DNA of 64,000 nt from a virus (taxonomy: Duplodnaviria > Caudoviricetes): IMG/VR virus record IMGVR_UViG_2930248008_000005, positions 1 to 64,000 of that record; one strand, given 5' to 3'. Shown here piece after piece: positions 9,571-19,107 of the stretch (positions are counted from its first letter, which is position 1; each line of letters starts with the position of its first letter). Under the pieces are notes generated by a model, which did not search any database, was not told the origin of the DNA, and saw only the letters and a list, made by a program, of their open reading frames with translations. Both the position numbers and the translations under genes were made by a program.

Positions 9571-9605
9571 ACGACGACCCCTCGGCGACTCGCCGGGGGG
9601 TCGTC
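9571..9605. terminator. Strong hairpin, probable terminator
   Basis: GACGACCCCTCGGCG...CGCCGGGGGTCGTC just after the stop of 9617..9886. Confidence 0.55.
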
Positions 9606-9616
9606 TCGTTGCGGCG

Positions 9617-9886
9617 TCAGACTCGCTCAGGCCAGTGCCACGTGCCGCCGTGGTACGAGGGCGTATCCGGGGCGCCGGGGGTGTCACTGGCGTCGCCGTC
9701 GTGGCGCTCGCAGCCGCCGTCGGCCAGGGAGTGGAAGAACACCCCGGTCGGGTTAAGCACGGCCAGGCCGAGCCGGTCGTCGTCGCCGACCTCGGTGATC
9801 ATGGCGGCGCGGCACTGGGAGGTGTACTCCCCGCCCGGCGTGCCGTACGAGACGTAGTGAACAATGCGGCCGACAGTGGGGGTCAC
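9617..9886 (-). CDS. Conserved phage protein (PTVGRIVHY...WHWPERV family)
   Basis: Recognisable N- and C-terminal motifs; overlaps upstream stop. Confidence 0.8.
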   Translation of the reverse strand: MTPTVGRIVHYVSYGTPGGEYTSQCRAAMITEVGDDDRLGLAVLNPTGVFFHSLADGGCERHDGDASDTPGAPDTPSYHGGTWHWPERV

Positions 9887-10233
9887 CGCTCACCTCGCAG
9901 GGCGTCCACGACCGCCATGAACAGGCGGTCCTTGAGTCGCTCTCCCTCTGGCAGTTCCGCGTACGGAACCAGACACGGGTGGGTCATCGCCTCGGGGTCC
10001 TTCACCGGGCCGTAGCTCCAGCCGGCGGCGCGCTTGGCCTCGCACCACGCCTCGTGCAGCTCCTCCGGGCCGGCTCCATTCAGGGCCTCCAGCACGCCCG
10101 CCACTGCCGATTCGCGCTGCCAGTCAGGGGCGTCGTCCCATGGCGGCGACGGCGACGGGTCCTGGAGTAGCGCCTGGATGGCGCGGTTGGCCTCGTGGCA
10201 GACACGGGCGATGTCCTCGGCCGAGAGCTGCAT
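9883..10233 (-). CDS. RyR-domain phage protein
   Basis: IARVCHEANRA...HEAW..KRAAGWSYGPVKD...THPCLVPY.ELP motif; GGAGG RBS. Confidence 0.85.
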   Translation of the reverse strand: MQLSAEDIARVCHEANRAIQALLQDPSPSPPWDDAPDWQRESAVAGVLEALNGAGPEELHEAWCEAKRAAGWSYGPVKDPEAMTHPCLVPYAELPEGERLKDRLFMAVVDALRGER

Positions 10234-10258
10234 GAATAACCTCCAGTACGGTGGGTGG

Positions 10259-10585
10259 ATGGAGTTCGGTGAGCTGATCCGGGTCTGGGAGCACCCAGGG
10301 GCTCGGCGGATCCGGCGGTGGCAGAGCGGCCACACGTCCGGATCCGACTGCCTGTACCTCGCCGTCGGGCGACTGCCGAACGGCTGGTGGTTCGCCGAGC
10401 GCGGGTCGTACGCGCGGGCGTACCCCCGCGAGGAAGTCGCCTTCGAGGTGGCCGAGCGGCTACGAGAGGTGCGCGACGACTGGCGCGAAGTGCCGGCCGA
10501 GATCGGCGCCGACCTCAACCCGCCCGGGTGGAGGCTCAGCGGGCAGACCTGGTTCCGCACCGACGACTCCGACACGCCCTCGTAG
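10259..10585 (+). CDS. Hypothetical protein, antisense to the late operon
   Basis: 108 aa Trp-rich ORF filling the gap between minus-strand genes. Confidence 0.55.
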   Translation: MEFGELIRVWEHPGARRIRRWQSGHTSGSDCLYLAVGRLPNGWWFAERGSYARAYPREEVAFEVAERLREVRDDWREVPAEIGADLNPPGWRLSGQTWFRTDDSDTPS

Positions 10586-10606
10586 CCCGCACTTGGCGTC
10601 GGTTGG

Positions 10607-11224
10607 TCAGAGCACGCAGCCCAGCAGCGGCAGGCAGATCAGCCCGTCGTCCTCGGGCGGCGTCGGAGGCCGCGTCGGGTCTGGAGAGGGCGGAGCCGGT
10701 GCGGGTGGCGGGTTCGGGGCCGGCCGTGGCGGCTGGGGTGCGCCCGGTGCTGGAGGCGCGTCCGGCGATCCTCCGCCCTGAGTGCCGGCGGGCCGGCCCG
10801 GGCGGTTCGTTGCGGGTTCGCCGGTGGGGCCCGGGCTCGGCCGGGCGTCGCCGGTGCAGCCGTATCGCTGCCTCAACGCCTGCACGGCCGCGTCTCGGGG
10901 AACGATCCGGTCGGCGAGCGTGCAGGCGTCCCGTCGCAGCTGCTGCAGGGAGGCGTCCTGCCGAGCGGCTTCGGCGTCGCGCGCCTTGCGCCGCTCCTCC
11001 AGGTCGGCGGCGAACTCGCGGTTCAGCGCCTCTAGTCGGGCGCGGGTGTTTCGTTCGGTTTCCGTCCGCACGGCCTGACCGATCAGGTACGAGGTCAGGT
11101 TCGTCAGGACGACGGTGATGACCACCGAGATCAGCACGACCCGCAGCCTGCGGGTCAGTCCCTGGCCGATAATCGGCTCGTCGGTCAGAACCGGGGAGAG
11201 GGGCTTGTGCCTACTCCTTGGCAT
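10607..11224 (-). CDS. Lysis-region membrane protein with coiled coil and Pro-rich tail
   Basis: One TM helix, coiled coil, Pro-rich C-terminus; GGAGG RBS. Confidence 0.7.
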   Translation of the reverse strand: MPRSRHKPLSPVLTDEPIIGQGLTRRLRVVLISVVITVVLTNLTSYLIGQAVRTETERNTRARLEALNREFAADLEERRKARDAEAARQDASLQQLRRDACTLADRIVPRDAAVQALRQRYGCTGDARPSPGPTGEPATNRPGRPAGTQGGGSPDAPPAPGAPQPPRPAPNPPPAPAPPSPDPTRPPTPPEDDGLICLPLLGCVL

Positions 11225-11585
11225 CGGTCACCTCCCGCTTTCCGCTTTCAAGATCGATGCCGTGGCGTAGCAGGTAGGACTCGTAGCGCAAGGCCTTCTG
11301 GTGCTCGGCGGTCCAGGACTCCTGCCACTGCCGAGTCAGAGCGCGCTGGTCGTCCAGTTCCTCGTCGAGGCGCTTCTCGAAGCGCGCCTGGCGGCTGTCA
11401 CCGACCTCGGTCTTCTTGCTGCGCAGGGCGAACCATCCGGTCCCTAGTGCCACCAGCAGAGTGACGGCCTGTCCGACCCAGAGCAGCTCAACGGGCGACT
11501 GGGGTGCGGCAGCTCCCGGGGCGGCCATCACCCACAGGGCCTGGACAGTCGCCCGAGTGCGGGCCGGCAGCACATCGATCCACAC
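11211..11585 (-). CDS. Lysis-region membrane protein (TM plus coiled coil); start may be 11528
   Basis: Hydrophobic helix followed by a charged helix. Confidence 0.65.
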   Translation of the reverse strand: MWIDVLPARTRATVQALWVMAAPGAAAPQSPVELLWVGQAVTLLVALGTGWFALRSKKTEVGDSRQARFEKRLDEELDDQRALTRQWQESWTAEHQKALRYESYLLRHGIDLESGKREVTDAKE

Positions 11586-12032
11586 TCAGCCACCTCCCAC
11601 CTGCCGCGGTGTGGCGCGTGCGGCGACGATGGCCAGCACGGCGACTACGAGCACGGACGCCGGCGCGCTCCAGGACAGGACGCGCTCGTGGTAGATCCAG
11701 GCGCTGGCAACGCCGGCCGCCCAGGTCATGTACCAGATGGCATAGAGCCATAGGCACACGCGCAGCAGGCGTTCCCGTCCGGCGCGGCCTGCGCGGTGCG
11801 CGCCGACGAAGGCCAGCACGGTGAGGGCCGTCAGGGCGACGCCCTGTAGACGCATGCCACCGAACGGGGAGAAGCTGCGCAATACGTCGTAGGACGGCCC
11901 GGCATAGGCGGCGTCGCCGGCGAGGAGCCCGACGGCGTCCCACGCAGCCTTGGCCAGGATGATCGTGACGACGGTGCGCCAGCGGATGGTGGGGACGCTG
12001 GGGAGCGAGCGCGGCCAGTCGATGGAGACCAC
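11586..12032 (-). CDS. Multi-pass membrane protein (holin candidate)
   Basis: About four TM segments; directly downstream of the endolysin. Confidence 0.7.
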   Translation of the reverse strand: MVSIDWPRSLPSVPTIRWRTVVTIILAKAAWDAVGLLAGDAAYAGPSYDVLRSFSPFGGMRLQGVALTALTVLAFVGAHRAGRAGRERLLRVCLWLYAIWYMTWAAGVASAWIYHERVLSWSAPASVLVVAVLAIVAARATPRQVGGG

Positions 12033-12036
12033 GCGC

Positions 12037-12738
12037 TCAGCTCCTCAGCGCGCCGACCGTCTGCGGGCCGGCCAGCCCGTCGACACTCAGCCGGCGAGCC
12101 TTCTGGAAAGAGCGGACGGCGGCCTGGGTGGCGGGACCGAAGTCGTCGTCGATGTTGATCTTGGCGCCGCGCTTGTTGAGTAGCTCCTGCAGGTCGCCGA
12201 CGTCGCTTCCCCGCGCGCCGATCTTCAGCGTGCGAGACCCGAGCGCGACCGGCTTGGGTGAGGCCGGGGGCTTCGGCGTCTTGCCCACCAGCGACGCCAG
12301 GCCGAACGGGCGGCGGTCGTTGTCGCCGTCCGGGTGTCCGGACAGGTGGATGTGCCTGTCGTGCGGGTTCGACCCGGTGTACCGCCGGGCCTGCCAGCCA
12401 GTGGATGCCGACCAGATGGTCCGGTTGAAGATGATGTAGATCAGCCTGCGCTCGCGGCCGGCGCGGCAACGCCCGACCAGGTACGCCACGATCATCTCCG
12501 CGGTCAGGCCGGTCACCCGCAGGTCCTTGTCGACGTCGATCGCCCTGACTTCGTTGATCCGGTCGGCGTCGCTGCGCTCCGCGCGGCCCGTCTCGTCGGG
12601 GTTGTGGCCCGACCTGGATCCCTGGTGCGCCTGGTCGCCGATCGACCCGTCGGACGCCTTGTCTCGCTTCGGGGCGATGGCGTTCAGCTCCGAACGGAAC
12701 TGCTCCGCCCACGCCACCAGCACCCACGGTGCGCCCAT
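12037..12738 (-). CDS. Endolysin: Zn peptidase-like catalytic domain plus C-terminal peptidoglycan-binding domain
   Basis: SGHNPD...AIDVD...PHDRHIHLS; LKIGARGSDV..LQ...DDDFGPAT..AV..FQ..L.VDGLAGP.T PG-binding motif. Confidence 0.88.
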   Translation of the reverse strand: MGAPWVLVAWAEQFRSELNAIAPKRDKASDGSIGDQAHQGSRSGHNPDETGRAERSDADRINEVRAIDVDKDLRVTGLTAEMIVAYLVGRCRAGRERRLIYIIFNRTIWSASTGWQARRYTGSNPHDRHIHLSGHPDGDNDRRPFGLASLVGKTPKPPASPKPVALGSRTLKIGARGSDVGDLQELLNKRGAKINIDDDFGPATQAAVRSFQKARRLSVDGLAGPQTVGALRS

Positions 12739-12739
12739 C

Positions 12740-12892
12740 TCAGGCCACCCCCTGATGCTCGGCCGGGTCGGCGAGGTGCGTGGCGTCGCCGAGCACCTCC
12801 GCCTCGTCGACCGGCTCGCCGGTGACGTCCTCCGGGTTTTCGTCGTCGCCGGGCGTGATGACGACGGTCGGCTTGAGTTCCTGCTCGGACAT
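12740..12892 (-). CDS. Small acidic protein
   Basis: GGAAGGAG RBS; stop abuts the endolysin start. Confidence 0.5.
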   Translation of the reverse strand: MSEQELKPTVVITPGDDENPEDVTGEPVDEAEVLGDATHLADPAEHQGVA

Positions 12893-12983
12893 GGGCAGGC
12901 TCCTTCCGCTGCGCTTGTGAGAGGGCATGAAGAGGCCGCCCACCCCGAAGGGGGTGGACGGCCTGGTAGGTGGGTGCCGGCGG

Positions 12984-13289
12984 CTACGCCGCGGCGGGCG
13001 TGGCGGTGTACCGGGACGGGTCGGTCGGGTCCTGCTCGACCGCGTAGCCCTCGGCGGCGAACGCGCCGTAGGTGATGTCGTCGACCACGCGGGTCGACCC
13101 GGTGACCGGAACGGTGTTCTGGCCGGGCAGCACGACCGAGCCGTTGACGGTGACGTCCTTGGTCACCGTGGTCGGCTCGCCCTCGACGACGACCTGAAAA
13201 CTGATCTGCTCGTCGGGCCGGTAGGTGGCCTTGCTGAAAACGACGCTGACGGTCAAGGAGACTCCTGTCGTACGGATGGCGAGAGGCAT
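12984..13289 (-). CDS. Small beta-rich protein; start uncertain
   Basis: 3' part of ORF 12984..14108 has normal, Val/Thr-rich composition. Confidence 0.55.
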   Translation of the reverse strand: MPLAIRTTGVSLTVSVVFSKATYRPDEQISFQVVVEGEPTTVTKDVTVNGSVVLPGQNTVPVTGSTRVVDDITYGAFAAEGYAVEQDPTDPSRYTATPAAA

Positions 13290-13306
13290 GGGTGTGTGGT
13301 CCTGCC

Positions 13307-15262
13307 TTACAGGTGGATGCCCCAGCGGGCGGGCAGGGCGGAGGCGGCCGGCACGTCGAGAGTCATCGACAGGCGAGTGGCGCCGTCGAGCGCCGTGATG
13401 CCGGAGTAGGTGACGGTGATGCTGGCGCCGGAGTCCTGGATGTCGAGCCACCCATAGGCGCGCATGTTGCCGCCGGTGTAGTAGTAGCCGTGCGACCAAA
13501 CTTCGAACGGGGCGGATGTTCCCTGGTCGAAGGGGGCGCCCGACACATTGGGCCAGTAGGTGCCGCCGGTGTCGGCGGCGGCGCTGCCGTCGTCGGCGTA
13601 CAGCGCGTGCCGGTCGCCGCTGACAACGATGACCTTGCCGATGCCGGAGGCGTTGGCGGCCACCCAGTCGCGGATCTCCGCCCACTCGGTGGCGTAGGAC
13701 CCCCACCGGTCGCCGGTGGTCGAGTCCCGCCGCCAGTAGATGCCGGAGACCACGACCTTGAGAGGCTCCGGCTGGAGCAGCTCGTTGCGGAACCACTGCT
13801 TCTGCTCGGGGCCGAGCATGGTCTTGCTGGGCGACTCGGCGTCGGTGCGCGGCGAGCGCTGGCTGCGGGTGTCGAGCTGGATGAACCGGACGCGGCCGAT
13901 GACCCAGCTCTGGTGGATCGCGGTATCGCCAGAGGTAGCCAGCGGGTAGTGCGGCACCACCTGCCGGTAGGCGGCGGCGACCAGTGGCCCCGCCGGCGCG
14001 GCGGCGTCGGAGTTGGGGCCACCCCAGTCGTGGTTGTCCCACGTGTAGGTCGTCGGGACCGTGGAGGTCAGCTGCCGCATGCGCGCCGGCGCGAGCGAGG
14101 ACTTCCACTGCGCGACGACGTCGGCATAGGTGGCTCCGGCACCGAAGTCCCTGTAGTGGATGTCGCCCTCATAGAGCATCCGGCGGGCCCTGCCGTACGG
14201 GCCCTCCCGCTCGGCGATGGCCTGGAACGTCTCGGAGTTGCTGTTGGTCTGCGCGCACGAGCCGAAGGCGATGCTGAACGACGTGGGCGAGCCCGGTGTC
14301 GGGTCGCTCGTGAACGAACCCCGGCCCGCCTCGATCAGCGCCCCGTCCGCCTGCACCCCGTAGTGGTAGAGCGTGTTCGGAGCTAGGCCGGTGCAGGTGA
14401 GCTTGACGATGCCGTCGGCATCGGGCGTGCCGGCAGGCGACAGCAGCGGCGCCGACAGGTCCGGCGAAGCGGACACGACCAGCCGGGCCGACGCGACATT
14501 CTCCAAGCCGCACGACACGGTTGCGGAGGTGCTGGTCACCGCACCGATCCAGGAGTGGGTGACCGCAGGCAGTGCGATGGCAGGGCCGAGCCAGCCGACT
14601 GTGGACGCGCCGACGTCGTCCATGTGGATCGTCCAGGCCGTCGCGAGACCCACGAAGTTGCCCACACCGCAACGGACCCGGTCGATCGGGCCGCCCATCT
14701 TGATGCCGGAGTAGGACAGCGTCTCGGTCGGGGTCAGCGAGTCCCCGGCGTAGATCCGCACCTCGATGGTGGTGCTGGCCTGCGTGGCGCTTGCCACCGC
14801 AGATGCCTCGACACGCCACCATGAGCCCGGAGTAAGGGTGGTGGTCGAGACGCCGGCCTGCGTGGAGGCGTCGCCCCAGACGACCAACTTCCCGTCGTTA
14901 CGCAGGCGCGTCGCCCACCTCTGGTTGGTGCCGAGCAGTCCCCGGAGGATCGCCAGCTCGCCGTTGCTGGGCAGCACGTCGTAGTGGACGTAGATCCGGG
15001 AGTAGGTAGCCCCGGAGTAGGGCGCGGTGACCAGCGACGTCGACCATTCCCAGTAGGCAGGCTGCCCACTCGACTGCCCCATGGTGATGAGCGCACTGAG
15101 CGTCCCGTGCGCCGAGCGGACATCGGAGTACGTCATCGCGTTGCCCGCGCCGACGTCGATCAGATCGGCGGGGTTTCCGGCCGCGCTGGCGCCGGAACCG
15201 GCTGCAGTGACCGTGGTGCCGTTTGCGGCACCGGTCTCGAAGGTGTTGAGAAGGGTAGGCAC
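13307..15262 (-). CDS. Tail-region protein with C-terminal PhoD-like metallophosphoesterase domain
   Basis: FGSC, GDIHY, WDNHD, LDTRSQR, MLGPEQKQW, SGDRH motifs; beta-rich N-terminal domain. Confidence 0.82.
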   Translation of the reverse strand: MPTLLNTFETGAANGTTVTAAGSGASAAGNPADLIDVGAGNAMTYSDVRSAHGTLSALITMGQSSGQPAYWEWSTSLVTAPYSGATYSRIYVHYDVLPSNGELAILRGLLGTNQRWATRLRNDGKLVVWGDASTQAGVSTTTLTPGSWWRVEASAVASATQASTTIEVRIYAGDSLTPTETLSYSGIKMGGPIDRVRCGVGNFVGLATAWTIHMDDVGASTVGWLGPAIALPAVTHSWIGAVTSTSATVSCGLENVASARLVVSASPDLSAPLLSPAGTPDADGIVKLTCTGLAPNTLYHYGVQADGALIEAGRGSFTSDPTPGSPTSFSIAFGSCAQTNSNSETFQAIAEREGPYGRARRMLYEGDIHYRDFGAGATYADVVAQWKSSLAPARMRQLTSTVPTTYTWDNHDWGGPNSDAAAPAGPLVAAAYRQVVPHYPLATSGDTAIHQSWVIGRVRFIQLDTRSQRSPRTDAESPSKTMLGPEQKQWFRNELLQPEPLKVVVSGIYWRRDSTTGDRWGSYATEWAEIRDWVAANASGIGKVIVVSGDRHALYADDGSAAADTGGTYWPNVSGAPFDQGTSAPFEVWSHGYYYTGGNMRAYGWLDIQDSGASITVTYSGITALDGATRLSMTLDVPAASALPARWGIHL

Positions 15263-15265
15263 GGG

Positions 15266-15958
15266 TCAGCCCTGCATCATCAGGAGCTGCACCACGAGGT
15301 CACCGGCGCCGCCGCCTGTCTGGTCGACGTCGACGGTGATGTAGTCGCCAGGGTTGAGCTGCACGACCTCAAGCGGGGCCATCTTCCCGGAGGTGTTCTG
15401 GCCGGCGGCGATCGTCAGCCGGCCCGTCTGGGCGGGGAAGATCGAAGAGCCGTTGCGGTTGATGTCGAGAACCGTGTCGACACTGCCCGGCGTGCCCAGC
15501 GTCGCCCGCGCGGAGGCGAGCGTCAGGTTCGACTCGGTGTCGTTGTACAGCCGGTGCCTGCCGGTGCCGACCGACAGTAGGCCCGCGATCGACAGCGGCG
15601 GCCAGACGGTGCCGGGGTCGTTGGTGGTGTCGGCCGCGTCCGTGGTCACCATCAGCGCGCGAGGCCCGTTGTCGCCCGCCTGCGCCCACATCTTGGTGAT
15701 GCCGTCGGGGCCGCGGAAGGGCGCGATCTGGCCCTTGGAGCGGAAGCCAGCGCCGTCCTCGGAAAGGACGACCGTGATGGGCTGCCCGTCGGTGTCGAGC
15801 AGGTCGTCGTACTGCGTGCCGGCCTGCTCGTCCGACCAGAAGGTGATGGCCACCCCGCCGACCACCACGGCGTTGTTGCCGGTGAAAGCCCCGATGACGA
15901 CCTCGTCGCCGTGGGCAAAGGTCCAGTCGGCGATTCCGCCGCCGAAAGAGAAGCGCAT
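15266..15958 (-). CDS. Minor tail protein
   Basis: Position in the tail cluster; beta-rich. Confidence 0.7.
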   Translation of the reverse strand: MRFSFGGGIADWTFAHGDEVVIGAFTGNNAVVVGGVAITFWSDEQAGTQYDDLLDTDGQPITVVLSEDGAGFRSKGQIAPFRGPDGITKMWAQAGDNGPRALMVTTDAADTTNDPGTVWPPLSIAGLLSVGTGRHRLYNDTESNLTLASARATLGTPGSVDTVLDINRNGSSIFPAQTGRLTIAAGQNTSGKMAPLEVVQLNPGDYITVDVDQTGGGAGDLVVQLLMMQG

Positions 15959-15968
15959 GGAGCCCCGT

Positions 15969-16901
15969 TCAGATTGCCGCCGGGAAGACCAGCGGGTGGA
16001 TATTGACGAACTTGTCGACGGCGAGGCCGCCGTAGCAGGCGACCTGGCAGACACCGTTGGTGTTGATCACGACGCGGCACTCGCCGCTCGACGGGGCGAA
16101 GGCCACGCCCTCGAACGGCCGGGTGGGCCGGAATCCCTCTGGCAGCTGGGCGAAGGTGACGAGGCCGGTGCCGATGGCCCGGACCTTGCGCTGGATGGTG
16201 ACGCCGACGTACACCAGGCCGTTGACGCGGCGCATGGTGTTGAAGCCCGCCGCCCATCCAGATGCCAGTGGCAGGGTCAGGTCTCCGCTGTCGTCGGCGG
16301 CGACCAGCCATCGGGTGCCGTTGTGCACCAGCCACCGACCGACCTCGGTGTCGAACACGCTGCGGCCGACCTGCCCTGGAGGGCGGGTCGACGTCTTGCA
16401 GCGGATCTGGCCGTCCTCGCCGAGGTGCCAGGCGCGAGTGGTGACGGTGTCCGCAGGCAGCGCCGTCACGCCCGAGTTGACTCGGACCTCAGCCAGCGGG
16501 AAGTCGTAGACGCCGGTATTGCCGGTGTCGAAGGTCAGCGCCGGCGCGACGGGATTGGCCGCTGGCGTGCCAGTGATGACGTGTTCCTTGATCTCGTACG
16601 TCGACCGGTCGAGACGGAGCACGACCATGTCGATGCGCGGGGAGCCGCTGGTGTTCGCCTCCAGCGACGGCAGTGCGATGTCCGTCGGGCCGGACTCCCA
16701 GTAGCTGCCGCGCAGCCAGACCACGAGGCCGGCGCGGACCTTGACCACCCGCGTTCCGGTGCCGTCCGCAATGACGGGCGCCGGGTCGTTCGGGTGGCCG
16801 CCGAGCCCGTCGGGCAGGGAGGTGTGAACGAGGCGCTCGTGCTCCACGCTGGTCAGCGACCCGCTGTTGTAGCCGGGGCGTGGGTAGGACTTGGATGCCA
16901 C
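15969..16901 (-). CDS. Minor tail/baseplate protein
   Basis: ANTSGSPRIDMVVLRLD...YDFPLAEVRV motif typical of actinophage minor tail proteins. Confidence 0.8.
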   Translation of the reverse strand: MASKSYPRPGYNSGSLTSVEHERLVHTSLPDGLGGHPNDPAPVIADGTGTRVVKVRAGLVVWLRGSYWESGPTDIALPSLEANTSGSPRIDMVVLRLDRSTYEIKEHVITGTPAANPVAPALTFDTGNTGVYDFPLAEVRVNSGVTALPADTVTTRAWHLGEDGQIRCKTSTRPPGQVGRSVFDTEVGRWLVHNGTRWLVAADDSGDLTLPLASGWAAGFNTMRRVNGLVYVGVTIQRKVRAIGTGLVTFAQLPEGFRPTRPFEGVAFAPSSGECRVVINTNGVCQVACYGGLAVDKFVNIHPLVFPAAI

Positions 16902-16947
16902 AGCACTCCTTCCGAGCTGCTGGGTGAAGGGGTGAGGCCGCGGCTGG

Positions 16948-18111
16948 TCAGGCGCTGGGCGTGGACGGCAGGGCGCGGCGCTCCAGGAGGGCGAGCCGGC
17001 GGCTCATCTCGCGGAGGCGATGGATCCACTGCGGGTCGGTGCTGGCCTCCTGGCCGCCGACCATGGCGCTGACCAGCTCGCCGGCTGTCGCCCATGCCTG
17101 CAGGTGCACCAGGCGGACCAGGTCCGAGACCTGCTCGCCGGGGCCGACCTCGATGGACACTCGGTCGCCGAGGCCGTAGTGGATGCCGTAGCGCTGGTCC
17201 TCGGTGTCCCAGGCGGACGACTGCAGTCGGGCGGTGGCGGCTTCGCGGGTCAGGACTTCGTCGCCGGCCTGCTGCAGTTCGGCCAGCGGGTCGCTGCCGG
17301 GTCGGGCCACGTACGTTTCGCGCCGACCCCACACGGACTCCAGGGCCGCGTCGGTGCGGCCGATGATGTAGCGGTCGCTGCCCTCGCCCTGGCCGCCGAC
17401 GATCGCCGTGGTGATGGCCGGGGCGCTCTCTTCGTACGCGAGGTACCGCAAGTTGTTGAGCCCGAAGCCGAAGCGGACCACGTTGCTCAGGTCTCGTGGG
17501 CCGTATGTCTCGAAGACGATGTCCCGTCCGACCTGGCGGGTGCGGAAGCCGATGCCGCCGCCGGCGAGGGCGATCGAGCGCATGCCGTCGCCGAGCTGGT
17601 CGAGGCGCAACTTCCCGGCGACCGTGGTGCCCACGCCGGTGGGGCCCGCGACGACCAGGCGAGGGATCCTGCGGATGGCCTGCGCGGCGGGGCCCGCGTT
17701 GCCGTTGACCAGGTCCAGCAGGACCAGCTCGGCGTTGTTGTTGTACTCCCAGAAGTCGGTGTCCTGCGCTTCCGGCGTGAGCGCCGGCTTGGGGTAGGAG
17801 TTGCGGGAGACGACCAGGCTCAGGTCGTCGGCGAACTCCACCGTCAGCTTCCCGATCCCCGAGTTCTCGCCGTCGTCGCTGCGCTCGATGAGCCGGCGCT
17901 CCCACGGGCCGGCCGCGAAGATCTGGCCGTCGCGGATCACGACGATGCGGGCTCCGGGGGTGAGGATCTCCCGGATCCACGGGTACGCAGGGCAGGTGAA
18001 CTGGCCACTGCTGACCTCGTTGAACCGGAGGGTGACGTCGACGGTCTCCCAGCCGGTCAGGTCGCTCAGGACGTTGAGGTTCCGGTCGGTGACGAGCAGT
18101 TTGATCGCCAT
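16948..18111 (-). CDS. Siphovirus Gp37-like (ReqiPepy6) tail hub protein
   Basis: Follows Dit; VGGQGEG..R and YGIHYGLGDRVSI motifs. Confidence 0.8.
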   Translation of the reverse strand: MAIKLLVTDRNLNVLSDLTGWETVDVTLRFNEVSSGQFTCPAYPWIREILTPGARIVVIRDGQIFAAGPWERRLIERSDDGENSGIGKLTVEFADDLSLVVSRNSYPKPALTPEAQDTDFWEYNNNAELVLLDLVNGNAGPAAQAIRRIPRLVVAGPTGVGTTVAGKLRLDQLGDGMRSIALAGGGIGFRTRQVGRDIVFETYGPRDLSNVVRFGFGLNNLRYLAYEESAPAITTAIVGGQGEGSDRYIIGRTDAALESVWGRRETYVARPGSDPLAELQQAGDEVLTREAATARLQSSAWDTEDQRYGIHYGLGDRVSIEVGPGEQVSDLVRLVHLQAWATAGELVSAMVGGQEASTDPQWIHRLREMSRRLALLERRALPSTPSA

Positions 18112-18114
18112 CGA

Positions 18115-19071
18115 CTACGCCGTCTCGTAGCGCGGGAAGTACGACAGCTCGACCTGCGTGCCGGCGCCGGATCCGTTGACCTCGAAGTTGACGTCGTTGA
18201 CGCCGGGCACCAACCCCCAGAGGATGGCGCCAGGCCAGTTCAGGGAGCCGATCAGGTTCTCGCCGGCCGGCCCGCGCACCAGCGTCCGTTCGGGCGCGAT
18301 CGTGATGGTGGCGGTCTGCCCCGCCGCCAGCGTGTGGGTGAGGGTGAAGCTCTCACCCGTGGTCCCGTTCGTCGCCACCAGCTCAGTGGCGGGGCCGGTG
18401 ATCTTCCAACTCGGCCACGCTTCGACGTCACCGGGGTTGTTGATCGTCGACTCGCCGAGGATCTGCGAGCTGGAGACGGTCAGGTAGGGGCTCAGGTAGG
18501 GCACCGTCGCGCCGACGTAGGAGCGGCGCACGAACTGCGGCTCGACGTCCTGCCAGAACCCGTCGGGCGCAAACAGGGTCAGCACCGGGTTTGCGAACCT
18601 GAGGTTCTCGCCCGGCTCACCGCCCCAGCCGTCTTCGAGTAGACACCGGATGGACCTGGCCTTGCCGTCGGGGCGCGCCACCGTCAACAAGCCCGGGCCC
18701 TTGTACTTCGTCAAGGTGAAGGCCCGCATGAGCCGCCGGTACCGGTCGAGGAACTGCAGGTGGGTGTCGCCGTAAATGTGCAGCGGCCACGTCAGCCGAC
18801 GCGGCTCGGCCCGCTGGTGGCGCACGGTGACGCCGCCACGAGCCAGAGGGTCGGTCACGATCGTGACGGGGTTGGCGCCCCAGCCGCCGATCTCCGGTCG
18901 GGTGAGCCACCCGTGCACCGTGTGGGGGCCGGTCAGCTCCCACACGGTGCCGTTGGGGTCGGTCCAGGTGGCACGCATGGTGCCGACCCGGGGCCGCTGC
19001 GGCGGCGGCGTGACGACCGGAGGAGTGACCGGCGGGGGAAGGGTCTGGATCGCTCGTACTGCAAGAGGCAT
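18115..19071 (-). CDS. Distal tail protein (Dit)
   Basis: Directly after the tape measure gene; NPGDVEAWP, LVPGVN motifs. Confidence 0.82.
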   Translation of the reverse strand: MPLAVRAIQTLPPPVTPPVVTPPPQRPRVGTMRATWTDPNGTVWELTGPHTVHGWLTRPEIGGWGANPVTIVTDPLARGGVTVRHQRAEPRRLTWPLHIYGDTHLQFLDRYRRLMRAFTLTKYKGPGLLTVARPDGKARSIRCLLEDGWGGEPGENLRFANPVLTLFAPDGFWQDVEPQFVRRSYVGATVPYLSPYLTVSSSQILGESTINNPGDVEAWPSWKITGPATELVATNGTTGESFTLTHTLAAGQTATITIAPERTLVRGPAGENLIGSLNWPGAILWGLVPGVNDVNFEVNGSGAGTQVELSYFPRYETA

Positions 19072-19107
19072 GCAGACTCCCTCCCTCGCCGGTCACCCCG
19101 GGTGGTG

